Below are positions 1 to 12,656 of a stretch of 64,000 nucleotides of DNA, one piece after another. The stretch is from Zygnema circumcarinatum SAG 698-1b. Taxonomy: Eukaryota; Plantae; Zygnematophyceae. Each line of letters opens with the position of its first letter. The first letter of the stretch is position 1. The translations under genes and the position numbers were made by a program. The DNA is taken from assembly GCA_037447605.1 (NCBI GenBank), contig CM074817.1, forward strand, positions 1,798,001 through 1,862,000, in the 5' to 3' direction. The notes beneath the pieces were generated by a model. It ran no database searches. It was given only the letters and a program-made list of their open reading frames with translations, and had not been told where the DNA came from.

Positions 1-2595
1 CGCACGACGAGATGGTGCAGCGCATGGGTCTCCAGGCTTCGCCATTACTACTTCGTCATATGAACTGACCACCACCTGCAGCATGTGAGTAGGGCGTCTG
101 GTCCAAATCAGAGCTGGCCCTCACTAACACAAGGGCCCTACAGAAAGGCATATAAGACCCTCCAACTTTTCTTCTATGGAAGGGCACCTGTTGGAATGCC
201 AGGCGGAGGGAAGCACGCCAAAGGCCCTGCGTGCGGAGAAGCTCCATCAGACCGCCTATGACCACACTGTCACACTGCGCAGGGGCAGAGCTTCCGAGCA
301 CTCGATGTAGCCACAACGCCATCTCCGCATGCGTGCGATCTCTGGCAAAAGTGACAATTTGAGACTTCTACGGTTTCAGGACATATTGCAAGGTGAAAAC
401 AGGGTTCTCGATTCCGCATCGACAGCCAGTGAACTGCACACACGTCCTCGGAAAGAAGAAGACTCACCGGCCAAACATGTTCCAGAACTCAAAATCCCCG
501 TTGTGAGTGACAAACACGCCAACTTGCTCCTTGCTGCTGTAAGGACATCCATTAAGCTGGTTGACACGCCACATGTATTCTCTGCGAGTTGGGGTCCATT
601 GATGCGGGTGGGTTTCCAGTGGAGAGGGGATGCTGGAGGTGGCAAACCTTGTGTGTCCAGCAAAAAGCTTCATGCTACTGCCGTCTCTACCTGTCCCTCT
701 GGGTCTCCGTTGGAAACACCAGGTAAAAATAGAGCGAAGATAGGCCCAGATTTGGACAAGGGAGCAGCTCCACTGAAATCGTCCAATTAACTGTCATCGC
801 AGAGCAGCAAGAAGCAGGGTGTCAAAATTCATTTATAAGATAAGGATGTCTTACGATTCCTTATGAACTTAGGCTAGACTGAAATGGACTTCATGTTTGA
901 TTATGGACCATGCATATGATGAGCCCTGCTGAAAAAAACACAACTGCAACATGGGAAAGTCTGGAGTCTAATGGCTCTGTAATGAAGTTAGAACCTCAAC
1001 TTAATAAGGGGAGTGGTCGTCCACGAACTTCTCCTATCCATGCTGATTTACGTGAGAGAAACTAAAGAGTGTTTGAAATGGCAAATAGGATATCGCCAGA
1101 CTCCTTAGATGAATTTTGGAGTGAGAGCTGTTTGTAAAACGGAGAAAAATCTAAATGTAAGCAAACGAGCAGAGAGAAGCCTGACACTCTGTGCGGTGAA
1201 AGCTCGCCCTGGAAGAGTTACTGGGCAAGAAACAGGCTTTCTACGCAAAACAAAAAATCAAGCGCGTGCGCAAAAGTGAGTATCATACACGAGGCGCGCA
1301 GTATTGTTGAGTACCTTGTGGGAGAGGGATTCACGCTTGGAGGGGCACACGCGCACGCGTACGGGAGTCATCTCTCCTCCAGACGTCTCAAGGAAGGTGA
1401 CTAGGCCTCCAGACTGCCCCCCACGTTCAGTCGACACGGCCGCCATGGCCTCCAGCACCGCCATTACATCAACTGCCTTCTCCCTGCCAGTAAGCCCAAA
1501 AAGAAACGTGACAGATCAACTTCTGCTCACTAATTGACTTCTCCAGGATACCTCCATTCATGGCGCAGGAGAAAGGTCTTTAATCTCTGAGTCACGTATT
1601 TCCCGACCGTAAAAACTAGAAGAAAGGAGCTATTCCTATTTGAGGTGTTCCCCATGCCAAGCAAGAAAAGTAGGCACGTCTGCACCTACGACCCAGAACC
1701 AATGTCGAAAGTCGTTTTACCTGAGACTGCTTACAGTCCCAGCAAGCAAGAGGCCGAAATTTCCGCAGAAGAATGCAGAATCTCCTACAGTTACCGGCAA
1801 ACTTGCTCGAACCAAATCTGTTGCACTTGCTCCCACCAAGCAGCACAAGCAACCGAGCACAGCTTCTGCTCCGCAGTCCCTCCATGGAAACACAGGGCCG
1901 TGACTAACTTCCCCTCTGTTCAAGGAAAGCATCCATTGGCCTCCACAGAAAATAATAAGACTTGCCAACCAGCCAGTCAAATGAATGGCTCTTGCAACAT
2001 TGCTCTCCGGCCTGGCACAGCAGCTTATTCCCGTGCTAGTTTTAATGCTTGGTGTGAACCCGGGATTTTCTTTTTCCGGCGGAAATATTCTGTCCATGTT
2101 CTGAAAGCCTCGATCGATCGCAGCCAATGCAGAGGCTTCTAATTTTGGATGCGACTCAGGTGGGGAAGGGGAAGCGACCACGTGAGGGGCGAATGAAGCT
2201 GGCAGAGGCCTAAAAGGATTAAGTATAGAGAGCCAGACAGATATTGGAGTATTTCCTGCAAAGTTTGCAAAGGTGCAATAATCTTTAACTCCGCGCATCG
2301 CACAGCCTGCGAGCAAATGTGCCCACTCATGCAGCAGTGTTGCTATAATAAGTCCTAGTCGCAGGGACATGGCAGGAACCACAAGCGCCAGCAAACTTTG
2401 AAAAAGTTCTGCTGCTCCCAACTCTCCAGTCTGCGAAGCAAACCCTACAAATCCGTATCGCATAGAACTGCAGCAAGCAGCAGTTTCCAGCACCCTCAAA
2501 ATGAGGAGGAAAGCCAACAGGCGCCCGGGCATCTCAAACCCGAGCGATGCCACGTGGAGCGCTCCCAGAAGCACAGACATCCTGGGAGCCTCCAT
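1..2595 (-). CDS. Class-II glutamine amidotransferase (GlmS/GFAT-like) protein with N-terminal hydrophobic HExxH domain; multi-exon, 3'-partial (continues beyond left edge)
   Basis: Exons read by eye with GT-AG ends: 2595-1721, 1483-1315, 790-468, 341-188, 75-<1. Motifs: CGNFG, ERGGQSGG, GHTRFATS..P..LETHPH, THNGDF and CDS, matching Ntn/GATase-II motifs. TLLHEWAH lies in a hydrophobic segment of exon 1. Confidence 0.8.
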
Positions 2596-2704
2596 GGCCG
2601 CGCCTCCTGCAGCAGCAGCCTTACCAGGAAGACCCCCTCAGCCCGAACAGCCCGCCCTCCGGCCCAGCCCTCAGACGGAATGAAGTTGCTTTTTATACTC
2701 GCCT

Positions 2705-2995
2705 GAGCGTACGAGACCGTACGGTACAAAAACCGTACTGTTATGTACCAATTACTACGGCACCTCTGCTGGCCTAAGCGTGCGCCACGCGGCAAAACTG
2801 ATCGGTTGACCCAATGGCGGCGGCTTTGGCGGCGGCGACCGCGACCCCATTGGTCGAGCGCACTAGGGGCACACCCTAGAGGACGTGTACGGTTATACGA
2901 ATATGTACGACGGTACAAACGGATAAGCGCCAGCGCTGCCACGTCTTGGTGGCGGTTTCCTCGTGGATTTGTCCGCTGGCCCGGTCCAAGTACAT
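2705..2995. promoter_or_regulatory. Cluster of about 9 GTAC cores upstream of the GlmS-like gene (candidate SBP/SPL-type binding sites)
   Basis: GTAC counted about 9 times in ~290 bp, 110-400 bp upstream of the ATG at 2595; about 1 would be expected by chance. Function is inferred only. Confidence 0.35.
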
Positions 2996-3324
2996 CGCCG
3001 CCGAAACATTAGGGCCTAGTCAGCGGCCCTGAGCGAGAAAGTGGTTACTTTCAGCCAATGAGAGATCGACACGTCAGCAAGGAGTCCATGCTGGCACTTC
3101 GGCGGCTCCGTCGCGACTCGCGGCTGTACGGCTTCTTTCGGACCGTCCGATTCGGACCGACGACGACGAGCAACCGTCCGATCGGTTTGGACGGTTCGGT
3201 CGCCATTCAGCGGAGGCCATTGGTGCACATGGGCGCCGCCGAGGGTGCGTTGACACTGAAACCGTTGGGGACAACGGAACGCCGGCGGTGGCTGGCCCTC
3301 AGTGGGCTGTGCGGGATGATTTTT

Positions 3325-3390
3325 AGGCTTTTTATGATTCTAGGGTTTTAGGTTTAGAGTTTTAGGGTTGAAGGGTTTAGATTTTTAGTG
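3325..3390 (+). repeat. Degenerate telomere-like (TTTAGGG-type) tract
   Basis: ttttaggctttttatgattctagggttttaggtttagagttttagggttgaagggtttag. Confidence 0.5.
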
Positions 3391-4191
3391 TTACAGGATG
3401 TGAACACAGAACTCAAAGAGCAACATTCAGAGATTCAAGCGAGCAAGGAGGACATGATAAACAAACAACCCTTCCCATCTTGCGTCACACAAGGCATGGG
3501 CAGATCTGGGTGCCAAGAATTTACGCATTGCGTAGATGACTAATTACATTGTTTACAACTACCGCCATTGCAAAAAATGTTGGCCTATCTCAGCTACAGC
3601 GAAAAGAATAGCTGAAAAGAATTGACATAGTAATCGACCTAGCATCGATTGTAACCAATGAAATCAGGGTCACCTCTACACACAGCATGCTACAGCAGGC
3701 TAACACCCAATCAAGCTATCTTTGAAAATTGCAGCTCTGCCGGAGGAGCGGTAAACATACAGAATCTGCAGCAGAGGCAAGAATGAAGGCAAAACGTACA
3801 ATGTTCGGAGTACATTCATAGAGAGGAGATAGGTGGACTGAAACGTAGTGAAGAGCACAACGAATAGGAATCTGCCAATCTCTCGTCAAAGTGAGAGAGA
3901 GTCATAGGCCTCTTCAAACGCATCCCTTCAAGCACGAATTTGAACTTCACTCCTCTCTTGGTCGCTGCATTGCCCAAAACTATGGCCGGGCATGTTGGGG
4001 ATGGGCCAAGAGCTGCAGCTCAAGAATTTCCTCCTGCAGGGCCCAAGCAATCGAGCTGCCACCAAAAGCTCTGCATCTCTGCAGCAGTAAAAGGAGACGC
4101 AGCACCTCATCCTCTCGTGTAGCAAGCCGATCGTCGTACATGCATGCATGCATGCATGGCCCCGAAAGCAGAAGAGAGCAATAGCAAGAAT

Positions 4192-7100
4192 TCATGCTCT
4201 CCAAGAGTCCCCTTTTGCCGATTCCAAAAGGCGCAGACGCTTCCTGAAGGTGAGCCCAATGACGACTCCCAAAAACACCAATCCCAATGACAGAGGGAAA
4301 AACCCATCTACATATTTTGCGCATGTGCCGCCGGCAGCTGTGCAGGGGTTTAGTGGCGATGAGGGATTGGCGGGGCATGCGAGGTTACTACTACCCGCCG
4401 GCTGCCCAATGCAGCGGGAGAGAGTGAGCCGATCTATGAGCATGAACACGAAGAATTTTGGCCATGCGGAGCCGAGATTGGATAGGGTGTTGAGAAGAGT
4501 GAGGTATGTTCCACCCATGGAGGAGTCACTTATGCGTGCGAAAAATGTGCCCTGCAAAACCAGAAACTGCTTTAGGTTTTGTGAAAGCTTTGAGATTTCA
4601 GGAGGGTTTAGGATTTAGGACTTCACACTAAACAGGAAAATGCCTCAATTTGCTCCCTGCAGGTTACATATCTGTAACCCAATGAACCTCACCTGTGCTA
4701 CGAACATGATGGTCGATGCGAATGATGTGGTCAGTCCTACTGCAATGATAGCCGCGTAAAAAGCTGGGGCTGTGCGAATAGTGGCTCCCATTGGAAATAT
4801 GGCCACTAGCAGTGTGGTCGTAGCCGCCGTGCCAAGTCGGAGGAAGTACCCCGCCAACCATGGGCTGAAGGGCCGCCCTCGGCTCGCCCAACGGCCGGCA
4901 AAAACCGCAAAGCAGAGCTCTAAAGGGAACTCCAATAGGACAATCAAAGCAATGGTTTCCTGCACACCTGCATATAGCAGATCAGCTACTTCCTCTACTG
5001 AATCTGACTGCAGATCATCATGGGTTCATCATCAGGGTTTTGGGACTGGGCATAAAAGGAGGAAGAGTTAGGTATATTCAAATCAGTCTACAGTTTATGG
5101 TTTTAGGGATGAAATAGGTTTGGGTGACAGAGTTTGTTCACCCGAGAAACGCCCTTCTCCATAAGCTTGAACACTCCTGCAGCTTCTGCTGTGATGCAGC
5201 CCAACTGACATCCCATCCACATGTCCAGAATCAGAACCTCTCTGATCGTTTCTTAAATACGAGCTTTGAGTTTTTTTTTTGTTAAAAGGGATAGCCATAA
5301 GATCCCTGTGTTCAGATGATGCTGACCTTACAAAGCAGGAGCACTGTTGTCAGTGACCGGATATCTGGTAGTGAGAGAGAGAATCAAATCAAGGCCAATC
5401 TGCAGAGAGATGCCTCCCAATGACCTTCACCCACCATGCAATCAACAAATTTTTTGGGCTAAAATGAGACTTCAAGGATGTGAATGCATGTGATATCATG
5501 CACCAAGTATGGGGATACGAGAAAGCGTTGCGACTTTCCAGAGCCGTTGATACATTTGACGAACTCCGATTGAACTTAATGGGCCCCCTCCTGCATGATC
5601 TGTATCGCCTTCATCGAATCTTTCGTCACCATACGAGCTGCTGCTGAGTAACAAATAGTTTCCAGTGTGCGATGAATACATTGGTGGGGTAGATGTTGGG
5701 AGTTCCATGGAATCAGTGGGAGGAGGAGGGGGAGAGGACCCCCCCTGCTCCGTTTTAAAAAGAAGGAGAAGTGCTACAAGGACGGATGCCCATCCCCAGA
5801 ATACTAAATAGTTGGTGAGGGTCAAAACACCTGCACAGAGGATACACCCACACACGCATACATACATACACACAGATATGCAGTCAGCTTCCAATTGAAA
5901 CCTGCTGCTCTGCTTGGATGCAGGAGGGGAGAGACCCTCACCTTGATCTCTTGAAACCCGTCGCAAGTAGCGGTTGCAGAAGCTGGAATCGCTCAAAGCC
6001 AAGAAAATGGTGAAGGAGAGGAAATAGCCGATGTTCATTCCTACCGTCTGCAGTTTTCCATGGGAAACAGAAACACTTAACAGATTCCCATGCGAAACCT
6101 CTCACTGGTATGATATGGGATGGCATGGCATGGCATGGCATGGCATGCCGCACCTGACATGTGGAGGCGTGGCCGAGGCTCTGCTTGGAGAGGAGAGTGA
6201 GGGCCCATCCTGCAGCCACCTCTCCGCGGAGAGAGAGAGTCAGTCGGGGGAATAGAGCCTGCTATTGAGGGGGGTCCGGCCACTGAAAGACTGCCACGTG
6301 GCACGTTGAGGTGGTCGGTCAGCTGTGAGAGAGTTTGATGGAGGCTGACCGTCTACTGCAATGTCCTGCATGAGAGCAATCCATTCCCGCAAGGATCGCA
6401 AGGTTGAGAAGAGGGAAGTAGGAAAGGGGCGAAGGAAGCGACGAGGGGGTGAATAATGGAGTATCAGTGAAAGAGAGTATCGGAGAACTGGTAAAACTTG
6501 GCTGGAACTTGGAACGAAACTGCAAAGTAAAACAAATAATTGCTGAGCAAGATGCAGGAACAAAGGAGACTGTCTAAGTTATTTGCAAGAAAAAAAAGAC
6601 TAATTCGTTACAAAATAGCTTCAACAGGTGCTCAGCGACCAAAACGTGTAAAGAGAGAGACATCACCCATAGAATAGATTCACACAGTTTCAAGACATGG
6701 AAGCTCATTATCTCCCCTATACTTTCCTAAAGTGGCCGCATGCTTACCTGAGTTGCCGCCAGCAGAACGATGACAAAAAAGAGTGACGTCATGGCCCGAA
6801 CATTGGCAGTATCCAGCTATGCTCCCCTCCCTTCCCAAATCTCGGCATCAACTTCCTCCCATACAGACTTGTATGGGATATCTTCTGGTCAGCTGATAGT
6901 CTCTCTGCAGCAATTGCGGAGGAAGCTGCTTTCTCAACTGTGAGAGCTTGTACGACTGTATGATCCTCACTCTGAAACTCTAAAGGTCTCTGATTAAATA
7001 AAAATAAACCTTTATCACAACATCTCCGGGACCCTTGGAAAAAATGAGGTTCATTAGAGGGAAGTCAACTTGAGGCATACCCAAAACTGCGCAGTGGAGC

Positions 7101-8024
7101 TGGAGCAGATCATAAGCAAACCAAGCATCAGCTGAATGGGAATCACCCTGCAACACCACATCCAGAAAGTCTGCCTTCACTTAATTCTGCTGCATGTCAA
7201 TATGCCCAAACGAAGCTGGCCGAAAAAGTGATCCACCAACAAATTGAAGCTGCTATGGCTGTTTCATTCTTCCTTCACCTCCCTCCAAGAAAACCAAAGC
7301 AATTGCGATCACCAAACTGACCATGATTTCCTGCATCCAATAGCGGGATGGAAGACGGTATCCACTATGGGACTCCAAAGGAGCTTCATTGCATACGGGT
7401 AGCCTGCGAGGGAGAACATGCTGTCCAAGGACAACGATGACAGTGAGGACACTAAAGGGGCAGAGCGAGGCGGCCAACAAAGGGATTAACTGGGGAGTTG
7501 AAGTTGTGCGCACCCAATTTCAGTGTAGCTGGCCCTAGCTTTAAGAATGAATGGAATGCTTCCACTCGACAGCCCCAAAGGCACTCCCTGAAGGGCATCT
7601 GCACATTCTCACACCCCTCGGATTCTTAACGAGCCTCTGCTATCTCCACTTCCTTTGAAGTTTTTGAATTGACCAGCATGTGGTCAATAATTCTACCCTT
7701 CACACTCTCCCAACGTTTCTGAAACTCCCTTATCTTCTCGCCGATCAGTTAAAGGGAGAAGAACAGGTATGACATTGATAACTCTGCCGATTATGCAGGT
7801 GACCATATGGCATCAGGGCTGAAGAGCAGGAGAACGAGAATATCAGAAAAGGAAGGAAGGTCCTCACAAAGCAGCACAAGAAGCGCCATGTTTGCGGCAT
7901 CAGAGGAAACTCCTCTTCGAATCCCCCTCCAGCTCTTGCTGTCAGGGCTGCCTCCCTGGAGGCCCTCTTCTAGCGCCACCAGCCGCCCTGAGCTGTGGCT
8001 CGCCTTCCGCAAGCGCGCATCCAT
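4192..8024 (-). CDS. SLC33A1: Acetyl-CoA transporter 1 (AT-1/Acatn, MFS), multi-exon
   Basis: Spliced motifs: LLVLLYALQGVPLGL..GSIPF, YPYAMKLLWSPIVD..RKSWVIPIQL, LAATQDIAVDGWALTLLS, ASTCQ..NIGYFLSF, FVAQGTFFARISD..MGGTYLTLLNTLSNLG.WPK. Introns are GT-AG. Confidence 0.92.
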
Positions 8025-8228
8025 GGCGGCCTATTCACCTCTCCCCCAACTCGTCTCAAGTACGCACCTCCGCAGTTAGGGTTTGTTCATCTCCCTCCAT
8101 GACCTCCTTTTCCCTTCGCTATCTGTGACCCACTCGCTCCCTACAGGAAAGCCGCTTCATGCCCTTCCGCCTCCAGGTCGTATATCTCCCTCGCTCTCTC
8201 CCTCTCCCGAAGCGAAGCCAATGCGGCG

Positions 8229-11200
8229 ATGCATCCCGCTCGCTTCTCCTCTCTGCGGCAGGCCTTGCATGCCACGTGTCGCTTGGTCAGGGCCTCTTCC
8301 TCCGCAGGTTCTGCAAAGCCTAGAAGTAGTGCTGCTAAGGGAGGAGTGATAGAAGCGCCTGTGGCGGAAAAGGAGGCCTGTGAGAGGAGGGCGTATGGCA
8401 TCGGCTGGGAGGATCCCTTTGCATGGATGGAAAATCTGGAGGATCCAAGAATGCTGGCGCACTTGCAGAGAGAGAATCGGTATGTGGAGGCAGCCATGGC
8501 TGACACGAGGAAGCTGCAGCGCAACCTCCTGCAAGAGATGAAGGCGCGCATGGCAACAGAGGAGGACTCACCGCCAGAAGTTTGGGGACACTGGTGAGTT
8601 TCTTGAAAAATCAGAAGGTATCAGAGTCTATATTTAGTGCAAATGCAGTTTCTCGTCTCACACAGGCCCTTGTGGACTTTTTCTGATCATGCCTCCGTTT
8701 TTCGCTCTCAGTCGGATGCAGCAGAATGCCTGCAGTGTGCTGCTTCAGTCACTGAGATGTACCTCCCACCACTGGGATATCTGAAAGTTTCACAAGGAAA
8801 TATTTCGTTTTAGAAGAAGACTCCTAGAAGATATTTTTGAACTTTTGAGGGTTTTATACTTTAGTAAAGTGATTTCAGGTATTACTACGTTCAAATTCCA
8901 GAGGGTGGAGAGTGCCCTGTATTCTACCGCTCTCCCCGCTTTGTTCCCGAGCCAGTGAATGGTGTGGACGAGAGATCAACCGATTCAAACCATACAAAAG
9001 GCTCTGAAGGGTGGTGGAAGCGATTGCAAAGCACTCTCAACCGCTTGCGTTATGGTGGAGTAAATGAATCAACTCAGCCTGCAGTCGAAGTGGTCTTTGA
9101 TCCAGACGAATTGGCGGAGTTATTTGGCATGGTGCCCAAACCTTCCTCCTCTCGCTTGCATTCAATGTATTTGAGAGCATAAGCTTAGGGGAGTGAAAGG
9201 CATTGGAAGCCATGAAAATGCAAAACTGGGGCAGCAAAGATACCGCATAGAGTGTGAAATCTGCATCGTGTTCCATGAGCAGCTCAGGGAGGCAAGGTAC
9301 AAAGGCTGTATTTTGAAGCTTGCCATTTGTGTACCTGTATGCAGGCCAGTTTCAAATTGGAATGTTCCGCATATCCTCGGATCACCGATGGGTTGCTCTC
9401 ACCCTCGATTCGTCTGGTCAAGAGAAGTACATGCTGGTCTTGAAAGATTTGCAAAGTGGGGATATTCAAATGCAGCACTGCATCCCAGGAGTCTCAAGTG
9501 TGGAGTGGGCAGCTGATGGCCGTACCTTTTTCTACACAGAGGTCAATAATCTGCTACGCCCATACAGGTAATGCAAGCACGGAGCTTCACATCTATAGGG
9601 AATGCAATTGGGATTTGAACGTTTTTGTATCCAAAAATGGTAGCGACATCATAAAAAGTTTTGTGGGGTGCTGCAGAGTCCGTCGTCGCACAGTGGATGC
9701 AAGAGAGGGGGAGGAGGATGAGGTAGTATTGGAATGTGAGGACCCGGGCAAGTACATCGACATCTCACGCACAAAAGACTGGCACTTTCTCACCTTGAAT
9801 GTCAACTCCAAAACATCGTCAGAGGTAACCTCTTGCTTATAGCCATGTGAAAGGTTCAAACTGGGGTTTCTAATGTCTCGCCTGATCATTATCATTTTGC
9901 AAGGGATGATTTAATGCGTCAGAGAGGTTCAGCTCTCGATTCCCATTGAAACATTTCAAATTGCATTCCTGCCTTAAACTAAACAGACTGCCTCCATATT
10001 CCATTTGCATGATGCTTGCCAGGTCTTTCTGGTAAATGCTCGGCAACCTTCCGAAAGTCCGCGATTGGTCGAGCCCCGTATGCCACACGTGCAATATTTT
10101 GTGGAGCATCATAGAGACCATTTCTATATCATCACCAATGGCGGCGAGGGAAGTAAAGGCGAATACCAGCTCGTGAGAGCACCTGAGGACAAGCCTGGAC
10201 GTTCCGACTGGCAGGTAATAATCACTTGCATGTTGCAAATCATTGATTGTGGTTGGTCAGCATCTTAATGAAACATTGCAGGTCCATACTGTATTTTTTC
10301 AGTGTTTTCGCGTATCTTCAAGTGTCCAACCATTGCAAATTGTTAGAATTGATGTTTGGGGTGTGGCGGGTCAGCCAGTTCTGGACTCAGAGGGAGAGGA
10401 TTTTGTCGCACTTGAGGACATGGAGGTGTTTGAGAGCCAAGCAGTCCTGTTCAGACGAAGGAAGGGTCTACCGGAAATTGCCATTCTTGACCTGCCCCTT
10501 GAGGAGTTCTCCATCCCTCTCCCTCCTTCAAAACTGCGAACAGTGGCTTTGCCACAAGCTGTTTGCTCCATCGTAATGGGCATCAACAAAGATTTCAACA
10601 GCAGGCATCTCCGGTTCTCACTTTCATCACCTAAAGTGAGAACTTGAACTGCTGCCCCATTCGCTGAATATCGGATGTTTATGCCGCAATTTGGATTTTT
10701 GGGAGTTGATATACTGTTCTGAATTCAGTTTTCGGGACGTATGTGCAGATGCCTGATGCTTACTTTGACTGCCATCTACCAACTGGGCAGCTCACTTTAC
10801 TCCAACAGCAGCCATTGCTGTCCATTCCTGAGCAGCTGCGTAACGCACTCAGAATCATAAATGGTGCTGGGGAAGCAGCTTTGGCAGTGAAGCCTTTGGT
10901 AGTGGATGAAGGCCCAAAGGCTCAAGGTGAAAGTGGAGACAAGAAGAAGCCTCTTGTGGGTTTGATCGACGAAATTTCATGCGAAAGGGTTGAGGTTGAC
11001 TCCCATGATGGAGTGAGAGTGCCGCTTACGATTGTGCGGTTGCAAGGACTGCCACAAGATGGGCTTGGCCCTGCCCTTGTGGAGGGCTATGGGGCATATG
11101 GACAATGTCTTCCTATAGAGTGGTGCCCCCACCAGCTGAGTCTTCTTCAACGGGGTTGGACTCTCGCTTTCGCACACACACGGTAGTGCCACCACCAAGA

Positions 11201-12381
11201 TGGAAAGAAAACTCTCACGAAAAACCAGTAAACGAAAAGAGGAAGGGGGAGAAGGGGGGGGGGACTGTACAGAATGTCGCCTTTCATGGTTTCTTAATCA
11301 ATCTCTCTCCCTCTCAGAAAACCCCTACAAACCCGGAAAACCCTAATCGGCAAGGCTGATGAAAGTGTAGGTGTTCTGCAGGGGAGGTGGTGAGTTGGGG
11401 AGGGCTTGGCATGCGTCGGGAAGGCTGCAGCATAAGGAGAATTCCTTTCAAGATTTTCTCTCTTGTGCGCATCTTCTGCTGGAGGAGGGATATGCCGCTC
11501 GTGGGAGGTTGGCGGGGAAGGGGACAAGTGCAGGGGGGCTTCTGCTTGCAGGCGTGGCCAACATGGAACCGGAACTTTTTCGGGCCCTTGTGCTAAAGGC
11601 AAGATTCACTGCTTTTGCAAGGCTTCTGGAAACGCTTCCAGCCATGAGGGTGCAGCAATTTGATGTTTCAGTATCTCATTTTAGAGCATTGTTATGCGTG
11701 GGTCAATGAGAGAGGGTGAGCTCATCGCATAGCAGGCAGTGGAAATGCCGTTTAGACTCGTTGCAGAACACCCATTGCACGTGAGTCTGAAGCTTAGACT
11801 GCTTCTGCGGTGAAGGGAGGCAGGTGCCATTTTTGGATGTGTGCAGTAGCATGCTGAATGAAGAGCTGCCGCTTACTGCTCACGAGTATGAAGAGTGGGG
11901 GAATCCTGCGCAAGAGGGAGTGCTTCAGCGCCTTTTTGGCTATTCTCCTTATGCCAACATTCAGGCAGGAAGAAAGTATCCGGCAGTGTTCCTCACTGCC
12001 GCTTTGAATGACACTCGGTACACCCCTCACCCCTCATGTCTCCGTGTCCCTTCTACCTCACATTTCAACATTTTAGTGTGCTACCATTAGTTCATGACCT
12101 AAAGCTGATTCTTGAACCTGCATTGCCTTTGCCAGCACTTAACACCACTCCAGTTTTTGTTTGTTGCTGTGAGCAGAGTAGGGTGCTGGGAAGCTGCCAA
12201 GTGGGCTGCTCGGCTCCGTGAAGCCATGGACTGCGGCGAGGAGAGGGCGGTGCTGCTGCGAACGAGCGCGGACAGCGGCCACGGAGGGGCCGGAGGGAGG
12301 GACCGCCGCCTGGAGGAGAGCGCGCTCGAGTACGCCTTCCTGCTGAAGTATAATGGGGGGGAGGGCCCGCGAACGCCCTGA
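8229..12381 (+). CDS. ptrB: Oligopeptidase B / protease II (family S9A), copy 1, probable organellar transit peptide
   Basis: PVAEK..WEDPFAWM..ENRYVEAAMADT; ISSDHRWVALTLD..G.E; GYGAYG; RGGGELG..W; catalytic GTSAGG; VPFLDV..PLTAHEYEEWGNP; LNDTRVG.WE.AKW; SGHGG; EYAFLLK. About 10 exons. Confidence 0.93.
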
Positions 12382-12382
12382 G

Positions 12383-12602
12383 ATGGGTCTCGGAAAGGGG
12401 AGGGAGAAGGGAGGGGAGGGGAGGGGAGGGGAGCGGAGGGGAGGGGAGGGAGAAGGGCGGGGAGGGAGAAGGGAGGGGAGGGGNNNNNNNNNNGGAGAAG
12501 GGAGGGGAGGGGAGGGGAGGGAGAAGGGCGGGAAGGGGAGGGAGAAGGGAGGGGAGGAGAGGGGAGGGGAGGGAGAAGGGAGGGAAGGGGAGGGGAGGGA
12601 AG
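12383..12602 (+). repeat. (GGAGG/GGGAG)n purine-rich low-complexity tract, includes a 10-N gap
   Basis: Seen directly; a shorter equivalent lies at 19965-20030. Confidence 0.85.
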
Positions 12603-12656
12603 GGTTCATTTGGGTTTGGGGAGGAGAAGGCTTTTTTTGTTGCCTGGTTATTTTTT

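Noticed and set aside
9125-9350. Possible second GC-AG intron in ptrB (TTTG|GCATGG)
   Set aside because: A canonical alternative (ATG|GTGCCC ... GCCAG|TTT) gives a protein of the same length, so a GC donor is not required.
8229-12381. ptrB as bacterial contamination or recent horizontal transfer
   Set aside because: The gene has about ten spliceosomal introns and a transit-peptide-like N-terminus, and plant S9A homologs are established.
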